DNA of 64,000 nucleotides from a virus, in IMG/VR virus record IMGVR_UViG_3300050821_006672, positions 45,476-109,475 of that record, one strand, 5' to 3'. Each line of letters starts with the position of its first letter. The first letter of the stretch is position 1. Below are positions 29,078 through 39,406 of the stretch, one piece after another. Made by a program: the position numbers and the translations under genes. The notes under the pieces were generated by a model. It was not told the DNA's origin, ran no database searches, and saw nothing but the letters and a program-made list of their open reading frames with translations.

Positions 29078-29332
29078 GTGAGTATTAAGCTAGCCAAGCC
29101 TGAGCACGAGGTTCTTTATCAGGATTTGTGTAATCTTGTTGGTAAGCACGGGGATAAAGTTGATGCATTTGAAATGCTGGCGATTGCGGCGAATATGATA
29201 GGCAAGCTTATTGCTATGCAGGACCAGAGGAAGATTACAAGGGAAATGGCGCTAGATTTGGTAATTCGGAATATTGAAGAAGGGAATAAACAAGTGCTGG
29301 AGCAGCTACATAATACTGTTGGGCGAGGGTAA
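29078..29332 (+). CDS. Hypothetical protein
   Basis: 84 aa, helical; operon-packed. Confidence 0.55.
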   Translation: MSIKLAKPEHEVLYQDLCNLVGKHGDKVDAFEMLAIAANMIGKLIAMQDQRKITREMALDLVIRNIEEGNKQVLEQLHNTVGRG

Positions 29333-29336
29333 ACAG

Positions 29337-30854
29337 ATGTATGAAGCAGACGCTCTCGTCGGTGACAACTACAGCTACGATCTCGCTATTATTCACCCGT
29401 GGCCTCGCGGTATTTATAGTCACCTTGAAGACGAGTTCGCAGCGGTCGAGCCGCCTTTGTGGGTGCGACTTATTGGGGGATACATTCGCGACCAGCGCTA
29501 TTCGGTTGCAGTCATCGATCAGGAAGCCGAACAGCTCAACGATGTCCAGGTAGCGGCAAGGGTCTTTTCCTATCGACCTCGTGTCGTCGCTATCGTCGCT
29601 TACGGCCATCAGCCTTCGGCCTCTACTCAACAAATGGTCGGAGTTCGCAGTGTTGCGAAAGCCGTGCGGACCGTAACCCCCGCGAAGATCATTATTGTAG
29701 GAGGTCACGTTTCGGCGCTTCCCGAGCGCACGCTGAAAGAGGAAAGCGTTGATTATGCTTGCGTGGGGGAAGGTCCGTTGACTATCCTTGGACTTTTGCA
29801 AGAGAAAGTCCTTGGCGAAATCCCTGGGTTGGTATGGCGAGATAGCGAGCAGAAGGCTGTTAAAAATATGCCAGCAATGCTTTTGGAGCCCTACTTTCTC
29901 CGCGGAAGCCTGTGGGACAAATTACCGCTCCAACGCTACCGCGCCCATAATTGGCAATGTTTCGGTGATATCTCCGCGCGCCAGCCCTATGCTTCAATCT
30001 ACACAAGTCTGGGGTGTCCCTTCAAATGTCACTTTTGTTGTATCAACGCGCCCTTTGGGAACAGCAGCTACCGGCTCCGATCTCCTGTGGACGTAGTAGA
30101 GGAAGTTGACCGTTTATACAGGTATGACGGCGTCAAGACGTTCAAAATTATTGACGAGATGTTTGTTCTTAATCCAAAGCACTACGTCGCGATTGCGGAA
30201 GGCTTATCCGCCCTGCCCTTCGCAGACGATCTGAATTTCTGGGCTTACGCTCGCGTCGATACCGTTAAGGAAGGGCATCTAGCGCTCTTGCGAAAAGCAG
30301 GCATCCGTTGGCTGGCATTAGGTATTGAGTCGGCAAGTCAGTACGTCCGCGACGGCGCTGACAAGCGCTACTCCAACGAGGATATCGCCGAGGTCGTACG
30401 TGCGGTGCAGAAGGCTGGGATCAATGTCATCGCCAATTATATTTTTGGCCTGCCCGATGATGACCTCAATTCGATGCGAGCCACCCTGCAAATGGCGTGC
30501 GATCTCAATACCGAGTTCGCTAATTTCTACTCAGCGATGGCCTATCCTGGCTCTCCGCTATACCAGCAGGCTTTGTCGGAGGGGTGGAAGCTACCGGAGA
30601 CATGGGCAGGCTATTCACAACACAGTTACGAGACTTATCCGCTGCGGACGAAGCATGTAGATGCGGCGACCGTACTGAAATTCCGGGACGAAGCATTTGA
30701 CATCTACTTTACTCGTCCTGATTATCTCGACATGCTCTTGGATAAGTTCGGTATCGAAGCTGTTGAGCACGTCCAGCGTATGACCAAGAGTAAGCTGAAG
30801 CGTCGCCTGTTGGAAGATACTTACGCTCCGAAAGAGCGAGTGTCGTCGCATTGA
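29337..30854 (+). CDS. Cobalamin-binding radical SAM enzyme
   Basis: B12 domain (EPPLW, VGGHVSALP, GEG) plus CPFKCHFC and GIESAS; likely start MYEAD at 29337. Confidence 0.92.
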   Translation: MYEADALVGDNYSYDLAIIHPWPRGIYSHLEDEFAAVEPPLWVRLIGGYIRDQRYSVAVIDQEAEQLNDVQVAARVFSYRPRVVAIVAYGHQPSASTQQMVGVRSVAKAVRTVTPAKIIIVGGHVSALPERTLKEESVDYACVGEGPLTILGLLQEKVLGEIPGLVWRDSEQKAVKNMPAMLLEPYFLRGSLWDKLPLQRYRAHNWQCFGDISARQPYASIYTSLGCPFKCHFCCINAPFGNSSYRLRSPVDVVEEVDRLYRYDGVKTFKIIDEMFVLNPKHYVAIAEGLSALPFADDLNFWAYARVDTVKEGHLALLRKAGIRWLALGIESASQYVRDGADKRYSNEDIAEVVRAVQKAGINVIANYIFGLPDDDLNSMRATLQMACDLNTEFANFYSAMAYPGSPLYQQALSEGWKLPETWAGYSQHSYETYPLRTKHVDAATVLKFRDEAFDIYFTRPDYLDMLLDKFGIEAVEHVQRMTKSKLKRRLLEDTYAPKERVSSH

Positions 30855-31210
30855 CCCCCGTCTACCAAACGAAATCGGGTCCAGAGGTCGGCAACTGTTA
30901 TCAAGCCTCGGTTGCCAGCCTTTTGGGCCTTCCTCTCGAAGATGTTCCTGACTTTGGGCAAGAGGATGATCCAGAGCGATCCTATAAAGACTTTGTCTAC
31001 GGGCTCGGTTTTGTTGTGCTCAAACCACCGATTACTCTTAAGCCGAATTGCTATTACCTCGCTTTTGGACCCTCGATTGTTACTGGACGGCCGCACGTTG
31101 TCGTCTATCGCGCCGGTCGTCTCGAACACGATCCCCACAAGGGCCGTAACGGATTGAGTTCGGTTGAGGTAATTCACCTATTGGTTCCGATGGAGATTGA
31201 TCTGTCGTGA
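30851..31210 (+). CDS. Small Cys-His-Asp (papain-like/C39-like) protein
   Basis: GNCYQASVASLL ... HVVV ... HDP. Confidence 0.55.
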   Translation: MTPVYQTKSGPEVGNCYQASVASLLGLPLEDVPDFGQEDDPERSYKDFVYGLGFVVLKPPITLKPNCYYLAFGPSIVTGRPHVVVYRAGRLEHDPHKGRNGLSSVEVIHLLVPMEIDLS

Positions 31211-31920
31211 GCTTAGCGACTGACGGAGGCTTTTGGGAATTGAAGGACGGCGATTGGCACGGTCCTGACGTTATCGAGCATTTGATAGATGCCGAGACTT
31301 GCGTCGTTGCTTTTGCCTCAAACGAGGGCGAGTTCTCTGTCGAGATGCCTCATTTTGAATTCGGTAAGACGTTGCGGGGAATGGGCGTTGCTTACGTCCT
31401 AGTACGAGACTCCACAGGCTATCGGCAGCATTACGGTATTCAAGGTATTGGAGATCGCGCAGCTGTTGTAAGTTACCTGCTTCAACTTGGCGATAAGTAT
31501 CAACGCTTAGTCCTAGTCGGTCTGTCCTCCGGCGCGCTAGCTGCAATGATGTACGGTCAGCTGATGGCAATGGATGCACTATTTATTCACGACGGTTTAG
31601 AAGTCATTGCGATCTCGCCTTATAGCGACGTAGGCGATCCTCCTGGCGCGTATGGTAAAGATTGGCAATCTCGCGGACCTTGGGACGTGTTGAGTATGAG
31701 TTTACTATCAGACATCAAGCCTATCTTCGAGGGCGGTCCCAAAGTAAAAATCCGAGCATTCTACAGTGACGGCATTGGGACGGAGTATGACTTTGAGCAG
31801 GCGCATCGGATTGGAGTTACTGACTTGACGCTAGTTCCTGGAGCTTCCCACTCTGGACTAGGGAAGCTTATGCGCGACAAGGGCTTGCTGCAAAAGGTAT
31901 TGCTGGGGAAACAGACTTGA
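31207..31920 (+). CDS. Alpha/beta hydrolase-fold protein
   Basis: GLSSG nucleophile elbow; C-terminal Asp and His (GASH). Confidence 0.6.
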   Translation: MSLATDGGFWELKDGDWHGPDVIEHLIDAETCVVAFASNEGEFSVEMPHFEFGKTLRGMGVAYVLVRDSTGYRQHYGIQGIGDRAAVVSYLLQLGDKYQRLVLVGLSSGALAAMMYGQLMAMDALFIHDGLEVIAISPYSDVGDPPGAYGKDWQSRGPWDVLSMSLLSDIKPIFEGGPKVKIRAFYSDGIGTEYDFEQAHRIGVTDLTLVPGASHSGLGKLMRDKGLLQKVLLGKQT

Positions 31921-32819
31921 GAGTTGTCGTCCTTACTACTCACACTAACAACACGCCGATCTTGTATTCGGCGCTGGCGGCAAGTCGTAGTGTTTCCGTC
32001 ATCACTTACGATCGAATGCACTCTTTCGACTATTTGTCGGAACAGGTGGAGCAACTCAATCCCGACTGGGTTCTCTACATCGGCGCTATTCCCGAACACC
32101 ATCGCTTGCGTGTTCCGTCTATTCCCGAGTTGAAGGCAATCCAACGCAAGAAAGTTCACTTATGCTGTGATGGTGCTGACGATGCGTGGTGGTCTCTTCT
32201 GGGTGATTACCATACCCACAACGTCTTCGATTTGCAGATCAATATTGATGGTGTGAAAGCCGGACCTATTGGCGATCACGGCTGGACGACTATCGCCCCG
32301 ATCGATCCTTCAGGCTTTGGCGAGCCCATTCCCTGGTCGCAGCGTAAGACGTTCGCAGGCTTTGCAGGATTAGTGATGGGGGGTGACCGTGCTGAGACGT
32401 TACGAGCCCTAGTCGCCAAAGATTTGATTACTTACCGCTCTCGCGATGAAAAAGGCTCTGGCGATTATATCAGTTGGTTGAAGGATTGCTGCGTAATTTG
32501 GAATCATCCCGAGACCGGGGGAATGAAATCTCAGCACGTCAAGGCTCGTGTAATTGAAGCGGCGTTGGCTGGATGTCTTGTGCTGGAGAAATTGGGTTCG
32601 CCCTTAGAAAATTGGTTTGAACCGGGAATTGAATACTTTGAATGGATAGACGTTGAGCAGATTGTCTTGATATTGGATTGGGTTAAAGAGAACCCCTCCT
32701 ATGCTGAGAGCCATGCGCGTAGAATGCGTAATAAAATACTTACTCAGTACAACGTCGAGACTTTCTGGCAGCGTGTCGAGCGGCGGATAGGAGTTAGGGA
32801 TTTGGAATGCGTGGCTTGA
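31917..32819 (+). CDS. Glycosyltransferase (CgeB/Glyco_trans_1_2-like)
   Basis: HVKARVIEAALAGC...WFEPGIEY C-terminal GT-B motif. Confidence 0.8.
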   Translation: MRVVVLTTHTNNTPILYSALAASRSVSVITYDRMHSFDYLSEQVEQLNPDWVLYIGAIPEHHRLRVPSIPELKAIQRKKVHLCCDGADDAWWSLLGDYHTHNVFDLQINIDGVKAGPIGDHGWTTIAPIDPSGFGEPIPWSQRKTFAGFAGLVMGGDRAETLRALVAKDLITYRSRDEKGSGDYISWLKDCCVIWNHPETGGMKSQHVKARVIEAALAGCLVLEKLGSPLENWFEPGIEYFEWIDVEQIVLILDWVKENPSYAESHARRMRNKILTQYNVETFWQRVERRIGVRDLECVA

Positions 32820-33691
32820 TTTTTACGACCGGTTCTCGCGATACCGAGAAGATGTATCAATCTTTTACCTACCAATATCCAGACTCTATGGTTGTCCAAT
32901 ACGACAAGCCTAACCTTGATATGGTGCACATTGCTCAGTCGTTTAGGCCGGATATTATCGTTTGGATTGGCGCGCATCGCGGCTCGCATCACATTCCCGG
33001 CGTGCGTCCAGTTCCCGATACGGCAGAACTCGTGCGCGTTGGACGGGTTGCGCCGATGGTTCATCTGTGTCCGGACTCAGGCGACACGCCTTGGTGGCCT
33101 GAGATCGAGGATTTCCATCGGGCCGGTGCTTTCCGTCTTCAAGTAGGAATTGATGGGTGCCACGACTCGCCTATCGCCAGCTTCGGGATGGTAGCGCTTA
33201 CCCCAATTGATCCCGCTTTCTTCCCTGATGTGCCTTGGGAGCATAAAATCTACAGATGCGGTTTCTCTGGCGGCGGGGGCTTTCGAGAGCAGATGCTTAA
33301 TGGTCTTCAACAAAGAGGCTTTTTGACCCGCTTTCAGGATAGTTCCTACAAGGATATGTGCATTTCCTACACACAGTGTAAACTGATCCTTAACGATGCA
33401 CGGACGGGCACAGGCACCAAGCGCCACGTCAAGGGAAGGTTTGTAGAGGCTGCATTAGCCGGCGCGGTTCCTATTGAGCCCCACGATGCCCCGACGCATA
33501 ATTGGTTCAAGCCCGGTGAAGAGTACTTGGTGTGGGCGAACGAAGGCGAAATTGAAGCGCATATTGGCAGAGTGCCTGAGTTAGACGAACAGTATCGCGC
33601 TATGGCTGCGAACCTGCGCAAGCGTATGATAGAAGAGCACTCGGCCCCCGTGTTTTGGGGCAAGGTGCTTAAAAGGATGGGGTTGCAATGA
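32807..33691 (+). CDS. Glycosyltransferase, paralogue of 31917..32819
   Basis: HVKGRFVEAALAGA...WFKPGEEY; shares VHLCxD and QxxIDG. Confidence 0.8.
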   Translation: MRGLIFTTGSRDTEKMYQSFTYQYPDSMVVQYDKPNLDMVHIAQSFRPDIIVWIGAHRGSHHIPGVRPVPDTAELVRVGRVAPMVHLCPDSGDTPWWPEIEDFHRAGAFRLQVGIDGCHDSPIASFGMVALTPIDPAFFPDVPWEHKIYRCGFSGGGGFREQMLNGLQQRGFLTRFQDSSYKDMCISYTQCKLILNDARTGTGTKRHVKGRFVEAALAGAVPIEPHDAPTHNWFKPGEEYLVWANEGEIEAHIGRVPELDEQYRAMAANLRKRMIEEHSAPVFWGKVLKRMGLQ

Positions 33692-33854
33692 CTCCTTACG
33701 AACGAGCGCAGATACGCTTGCAGGCATTTAAGCTTTTAGCGGGGTGGGGCACCACCTTTCCTGGTGCAGAAAAATTGGAAGATCGATTTAAGCCCTGGGA
33801 ATTGGAAAAATTAAAAAGTGAAGCCACTGTGCTCGCTGATTGGGCGGTTAGTCC

Positions 33855-35021
33855 TTGATCTTCAACTTTTCGCTTTACAACTACACTCCTGGCGGCTTTG
33901 GGACGTATGAGGATATCATTCGTCCAATCAAAGCTATTCTGGAGGATTTGGGGCACGTCGTTACCCGTGATAATACGCTGCATCCGCCCCCGATTATCAA
34001 CATCCTGTTTGAAGGCTTCGACCAGCCAGTTAACCTAGATGTTCTTAAGCGGGCTCGCGCTGTTGGGTACCGTTTTGTGCTTGTGGCAACAGAAATGCCT
34101 ACCCACAAGACAGACCATTCATTCTATTGGAACGATCATCGCATTACGTATTGGCTGGATCGAGCGAGCGGGTTCGTTGTGGCGCTGCCTTACGCTGATG
34201 CTGTTTGGTGTGTGGTTCAAGGAACTGCTGAGTACCTTCGCAAATTTCATCCCCATACGGCCGATATTGAGTTGGGGTATAGTCCTCGACTGGTAAATTC
34301 AACCCGTGTTGAACCTCATTACAACTTTTGTATCTATGGCTCGCCTTCTGAACGACGTTTCGAGATTACGGCTCAGCTGCGTAGTAGAGGGCACGGAGTA
34401 ATTGAGAACTACACATTTCCCTTTGTTGAAGAGCGTAATCGCCTAGTGTTATCATCGCGGGTTGTTTTGGACGTCAAGCTTAAGCCTCACCTAACAGTTG
34501 TTTCTACGTCACGCATCGTTACGTCACTCCATCTGGGCCGGCCTTGCATCTCGGAACCGCGCGGACCAGAAGCTACCCAAGTGCAGCGGTGGAAGCGCGC
34601 TACGAGGTTTGCTTACAGTGACGATACGTTTATCGATGAGGCTATTTCTATGTTGCCTCACTGGAGAGAGGGCCATCGCGAGCAGTTCGAGGCTCTAAGA
34701 AACATGCAGGCGATTGACATTCTCAACGACGCAGTCAAGATTATCCCCGACAAATTCCCCGACGTTGTCGAGGGTGTATTTCAGATGCCGTTGCCTGGGA
34801 AGGTGCTAACTATCCATCAAGCTTCTGCGCCAGATAGCGCAAGTCCATATTTGCTGTGTTCTTACAACTACCACAATATAGTCGCTTATGGGCACGAGTA
34901 CTTTGTGATACCGCAGGGGATTGGTGAGGTCAATCTAGCATTAGCGATTGATCGCGCTCGGCCTGGCATCCAGCGTTTTCCTTCCGAGCACGAGGCTAAG
35001 ATGGCTGTGGGGGCGATATGA
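33855..35021 (+). CDS. Putative glycosyltransferase with C-terminal accessory domain
   Basis: ATEMP, FCIYGSPSERR and STSRIVTSLHLGRPCISE motifs; paralogue of 38379..39395. Confidence 0.7.
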   Translation: MIFNFSLYNYTPGGFGTYEDIIRPIKAILEDLGHVVTRDNTLHPPPIINILFEGFDQPVNLDVLKRARAVGYRFVLVATEMPTHKTDHSFYWNDHRITYWLDRASGFVVALPYADAVWCVVQGTAEYLRKFHPHTADIELGYSPRLVNSTRVEPHYNFCIYGSPSERRFEITAQLRSRGHGVIENYTFPFVEERNRLVLSSRVVLDVKLKPHLTVVSTSRIVTSLHLGRPCISEPRGPEATQVQRWKRATRFAYSDDTFIDEAISMLPHWREGHREQFEALRNMQAIDILNDAVKIIPDKFPDVVEGVFQMPLPGKVLTIHQASAPDSASPYLLCSYNYHNIVAYGHEYFVIPQGIGEVNLALAIDRARPGIQRFPSEHEAKMAVGAI

Positions 35022-36040
35022 AGGTCGGGTTGGCAAATCAATTAGAACCTACTCGGTTCGACGAAGCGGTCGCTTTGGGCGAGCGGATTATTGAGTCCGT
35101 AGAGACGCGACCTCAGCTTATTGAAAAACTTGGCGTTGATCCTAGGTTTGGCTTTCCTGATGCAAATTGGCATCCTAAAGAGCAAAACGATTTCCGCGAG
35201 GGATACAATCTTCTTGCTACGCTCAAATGGGACGAGGTCAAATACTTGCGCTTTCGGGCGCAGAATTTCAATGGGTTTAGCTTACTGCATATGGCCTATG
35301 GTGTTGGGAGTTCTAGTGAGCCAATACCTGTTGACTACGATACGCGGTTGTCAGAAGAGTGTTTGGATGACTTGGTTGGACGTTGGCGTGAGAGAATTAC
35401 GGGGCTTCCTCTTCAATTTATATTTCGTCCAAAAGCAATGCTTGGCGAGGTTGGCTGGCAATGGTTTGATGCTTCGGTTACGGGTGTACTGATCAATGCC
35501 GACACTGTTGCGTATCAGGAGCGGATGTTTTTACTGTACAATGGTGCATTGCTGGAAACCCCGGATAAGGTATTAGAGATTGGTGGGGGGTATGGAGCAC
35601 TTGCCTACGCCATAACTAACGGCCTTCCTGAAACCGAGTATTGGATTTGTGACTTGCCTGAGTCGCTTCTGTTCTCTGGCTTGTACTTGACGATGACTAC
35701 GAATCGAGATGTAAAGCTTTGGCCTGAACGCGGCTCAATCACGCTAGTCCCTAATTATCTATTCGGACAGATCAAAGACAAATTCGATTTGTTTATCAAC
35801 ACACTTTCTCTAGCCGAGATGACTGAATATCAGGTTAGGATGTACGTGCAAGGAATACGCGACCTGATGAGCCCTGGAGCTAAGTTCTTCGAACAGAACC
35901 ACCTCAACAACGATCTACCGGACGGTACTCACCAAGCTACAGTGAAGCAGATTTGTGCTGAGACATTCTCGGGAAGGACTAGCCTTCTTCATACGCCTTT
36001 TGAGATACTCAACGGTCCTGCCGACGTGTGGAGTACGTAA
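35018..36040 (+). CDS. Putative sugar O-methyltransferase (SAM-dependent)
   Basis: VLEIGGGYGALA, ICDLPESL and DLFINTLSLAEM motifs. Confidence 0.82.
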   Translation: MKVGLANQLEPTRFDEAVALGERIIESVETRPQLIEKLGVDPRFGFPDANWHPKEQNDFREGYNLLATLKWDEVKYLRFRAQNFNGFSLLHMAYGVGSSSEPIPVDYDTRLSEECLDDLVGRWRERITGLPLQFIFRPKAMLGEVGWQWFDASVTGVLINADTVAYQERMFLLYNGALLETPDKVLEIGGGYGALAYAITNGLPETEYWICDLPESLLFSGLYLTMTTNRDVKLWPERGSITLVPNYLFGQIKDKFDLFINTLSLAEMTEYQVRMYVQGIRDLMSPGAKFFEQNHLNNDLPDGTHQATVKQICAETFSGRTSLLHTPFEILNGPADVWST

Positions 36041-36807
36041 TGGCTGACGCTCCCGATCCGCTTTTCCTTTTGCAGCAGGACGGCATTTACGTGCCGTCTG
36101 AGCCTGTACTATCTCTAACGCAGGCTTTCGAATTCCGTTCCTATCTCAGCAGCGTCCCGGTTTACAGGCATCACATAGCGGGCAAGGCGACGGAGTCAGC
36201 CCCTAATTTTGCAACGGCCTGGAAACAGGGATGGTCAGTGTTCGCTCCTAAGACGGAAGACGTCATCAAAGCGCCACACTGGTTCGAAACTGCGCTATCC
36301 TACATGTCCCTTGCCAAAGCCTATTTTCGTCAGCAGCCGCGTATGTATTCGATAAGCGCCTTCTGGACGACGCCGGCTGAAGGTCCGTTGTATGGCGATA
36401 CGCAGACTTGGCATCGCGATCAGGATGACAAGTTCCAAATGACGCTGTTTATGTTGGGCTCTGATGTGCCCGATCCTTCTGAGGGGGCGCACTTATATCA
36501 GCGGGGTACGCATAGGACACCTGACGCAGACTTAGGGCGTGACCCTCCTTCGCCGCCCCCCTGCGGTATCGTTTCTACTGTCTACGGGCCTGCTGGAACG
36601 CTCGTCGTTGCAGATACCTGGGGATTACACAAGGCCATTAGGCCAGCTAAGCTGCCCCGCTTACTTGTGTGGGCACGGTATGCAGTCGCCAATCCGCCCT
36701 TCACGTATGTTAACGATGGGCTCGCTCCGGTGAGTAGGGATTTGTTGGGCGACCGCTATCCGACCGATCCGGAGCTTCAGGAAGCAGTGAGGCTTGTCGC
36801 GGTATAG
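36040..36807 (+). CDS. Fe(II)/2-oxoglutarate dioxygenase (PhyH-like)
   Basis: WHRD...GTH...GPAGTLVVADTWGLH facial triad. Confidence 0.8.
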   Translation: MADAPDPLFLLQQDGIYVPSEPVLSLTQAFEFRSYLSSVPVYRHHIAGKATESAPNFATAWKQGWSVFAPKTEDVIKAPHWFETALSYMSLAKAYFRQQPRMYSISAFWTTPAEGPLYGDTQTWHRDQDDKFQMTLFMLGSDVPDPSEGAHLYQRGTHRTPDADLGRDPPSPPPCGIVSTVYGPAGTLVVADTWGLHKAIRPAKLPRLLVWARYAVANPPFTYVNDGLAPVSRDLLGDRYPTDPELQEAVRLVAV

Positions 36808-36984
36808 AGCGGGAGAGGCCCTACAATGGGACCGACAGAACTTAATAGCAGTATTTCTTTTCTTGAGAAATCAGTTAGGAACCTTATCCAAGAGGTTGTG
36901 CGGCTAGAAAAACGTATTGAAACCTTGGAAAGGGAACGCCGTCCTACAGACGCGATTTCTCCAACTCATTGGATAAGCGGGTAA

Positions 36985-37509
36985 ATGGCTACGATCCACG
37001 GTGGTGATAAGCTTAGGAACGCGCTAGTCAAGTTGACGCGCAACATCTCTAACGGCGCGACGCTGCATGTGGGCTTCTTGTCTGGTGCTACTTATCCCCA
37101 GCAAGCAAGGGCTGCGCTGCGAGCGCGCTATGCTAAGCGACGAAAGAAAGGTGTACAGGGAGCAGTAAAGGGTTCTGCTGGAGGTGTATCTGTAGCAATG
37201 ATTGCTGCGATACAGGAATTTGGTGCTCCTAGCCGCAATATCCCCCCGCGTCCGTTCTTTCGGAACATGGTAAAAAACAAGAGTAAAGAATGGCCTGCGG
37301 CGATAGCTGCTCTGTTGAAGGCAAACAACTACGATGCAAAGAGAACATTGGAGTTGACAGGGCAGGCGATTGCCGGTCAATTGCGGCAAAGCATAGTTGA
37401 TACGAATAGCCCGCCGCTGAAGGCCACTACAGTTAAACGGAAGGGGTTTGCCAAGCCCCTTGTTGATACTTCGCACATGCTCAATTCAGTTGACTATGAG
37501 GTCAAATAA
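36985..37509 (+). CDS. Neck / tail-completion protein
   Basis: IQEFGA, IPPRPFFR and KPLVDTSHMLNSV motifs. Confidence 0.8.
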   Translation: MATIHGGDKLRNALVKLTRNISNGATLHVGFLSGATYPQQARAALRARYAKRRKKGVQGAVKGSAGGVSVAMIAAIQEFGAPSRNIPPRPFFRNMVKNKSKEWPAAIAALLKANNYDAKRTLELTGQAIAGQLRQSIVDTNSPPLKATTVKRKGFAKPLVDTSHMLNSVDYEVK

Positions 37510-37700
37510 TGGAGGAGGTTGCTATGGTGTGTGAATATGTTTCCGCCGACCTCGGGCCGTGTCCGTACTGTCATCGGTGTGGAGATGTTTTGGAGAAGAA
37601 CGGAAATACTTTATCCTGTCCCGGATGTGGGGCAGTTCGCGATTGGGCGGATAAAGTCGCCGCCCGGCAGGCAATAAGAAAGTTGGAGCGTCTGCGATGA
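37509..37700 (+). CDS. Small zinc-ribbon protein
   Basis: CPYC, CHRC and CPGC motifs. Confidence 0.5.
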   Translation: MEEVAMVCEYVSADLGPCPYCHRCGDVLEKNGNTLSCPGCGAVRDWADKVAARQAIRKLERLR

Positions 37701-37983
37701 TCCCCCGCAAACCAACTCCGACCGAGCCTGACTATCGCGTCCTCCGCGGCTGCTGGGTAGGCAGCGGTATGGCCTGCCGCGTATGGTATATTCAAGGCGG
37801 TCAGGTCCGTATGGTTTTCTCAAGTGGTATGTCGGAATGGGAAATCCACAAAGCGATTATGGAAGCGAGACGATGAATATTTTTGGGTATTTTGTAATGC
37901 TTGTGGTAGGAGTAACGTGGATTTTAGTACTTGCCTTAGCTGGGCGAGTGATTTTGGATCATATACCCAAAAGATAAGATACT

Positions 37984-38178
37984 ATGAACGAGCGCAATGG
38001 AAATACCGATACGCGCCGACCGAGAATGGTAGCGCAGGCGACGCAGACATATGAAGATGCATTTCCCTATCCCTCGCCTAGCGAGATGCGCGATTTGCTG
38101 TCTAAGCTTCTGACTGAGCAGATCAAGACGAATTTGCTTTTGGCGAAGATCGAGAAGCTTTTGGTGGATGGTGCCTAA
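37984..38178 (+). CDS. Hypothetical protein
   Basis: 64 aa; abuts the next ORF. Confidence 0.45.
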   Translation: MNERNGNTDTRRPRMVAQATQTYEDAFPYPSPSEMRDLLSKLLTEQIKTNLLLAKIEKLLVDGA

Positions 38179-38382
38179 ATGCGCGAATGGCTTGTGATTG
38201 AAAAGACTATTAGTCGATCTCCATTTGCGAGGGACGAAGAGCGCAAGCCGTCGGGGTACATACCCCGCGACGCTGCTGAGGCGTTGTTGGGACGCGATCT
38301 TGGTAAGGTGACTTTCTTTCGGCGAGACGAAAGTGAAAAGATGCGTCAGCATCCTGAGTGGTGTGAGGCTTTAGACGAATGA
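38179..38382 (+). CDS. Hypothetical protein
   Basis: 67 aa; ATGA overlap with the next gene. Confidence 0.45.
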   Translation: MREWLVIEKTISRSPFARDEERKPSGYIPRDAAEALLGRDLGKVTFFRRDESEKMRQHPEWCEALDE

Positions 38383-39395
38383 GCGTCTTTCTCGTTTGGT
38401 TAGGAAATCACACTCCAACGGGCCAGCGCTCGCTTGAAGATGTTGTCGGAATTTTCGGCCATCAACTTCGTGCTCTAGGTCACGAATGCATTTGGGACCC
38501 AAAGAACGATCAGTTCCTTACTCAGGATATGGGCTACAATATCATTGTCGAAGGCTTTACTGATGCGTCCATCTCCCTTATCGGTGCAGCTCACCAACAA
38601 GGCGCGCGTTTTATATGTATAGCTACAGAGGAACCGACGCCAAAAGGCTTCAATCACGGCCGCGACCGCGAGATGGTAATGCGCCAGGAAAAGTTCCCGA
38701 TGGCGGCGCAGTTCTTCGATGCGATATTTCACCTAGTCCCGGGGAATCATATAACGAACTGGTACGCTCAATATGCGCCTTCGGCTTACGTTGAACTTGG
38801 TTACGCCCGAACGCTCTATCGCCCTGATATTTGGCCTTTGTCTCTGCAGGAGCCTGTATACAACTTTGGGTTCTTCGGTTCGCTCACCCCACGTCGCCTT
38901 AAGATACTCAAGCGCCTAGCGCGGGCGATAGGGACGAAAGATGCTGTACGAATAGAAGCAACTTTCGCTACGCAGGAAGAGCGCGATAGAATCATGCGCG
39001 AGGCACGGGTAATCGTCCAGCTTCGCAAACATGAGGAGATGGGCCTTGTCTCTAGTTCTCGTTGCAACACTGCTCTGCATCTCGGTCGTCCCGTCGTTGC
39101 CGAGCCTCATCTTTTGGCTGATCAATGGAATAGCATCGTCAAATTCTCGCAACATTGTGACGCCTGCGCCTCCGGACAAACAGTCAAACGGTCGCGTAAC
39201 GAGGTCTGCGACCGGTGCGTCGAAAACTTCATTAACGATTGTCTCCTGGCCCAGGCAATGTGGAAAGGCTTGCACGGTACGCAATTTGCGGCGTTCAAAG
39301 AGCGCATGACACCTGAGTACTGTGTCGGTCGCGCGTTGAAGGAAGTAGGACTGCGTCTGACTGTAAATTCACCGTTGAAAGTCTTCGCGGCCTAG
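38379..39395 (+). CDS. Putative glycosyltransferase with CxxC..CxxC insertion
   Basis: ATEEP, FGFFGSLTPRR and SSSRCNTALHLGRPVVAE; CDAC...CDRC. Confidence 0.7.
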   Translation: MSVFLVWLGNHTPTGQRSLEDVVGIFGHQLRALGHECIWDPKNDQFLTQDMGYNIIVEGFTDASISLIGAAHQQGARFICIATEEPTPKGFNHGRDREMVMRQEKFPMAAQFFDAIFHLVPGNHITNWYAQYAPSAYVELGYARTLYRPDIWPLSLQEPVYNFGFFGSLTPRRLKILKRLARAIGTKDAVRIEATFATQEERDRIMREARVIVQLRKHEEMGLVSSSRCNTALHLGRPVVAEPHLLADQWNSIVKFSQHCDACASGQTVKRSRNEVCDRCVENFINDCLLAQAMWKGLHGTQFAAFKERMTPEYCVGRALKEVGLRLTVNSPLKVFAA

Positions 39396-39406
39396 CGTAT
39401 GATTAG
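39375..39406 (+). promoter_or_regulatory. Sigma70-like promoter TTGAAA-17-TATGAT (GCGTATGATTAG motif)
   Basis: -35 at 39375-39380, -10 at 39398-39403. Confidence 0.7.
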
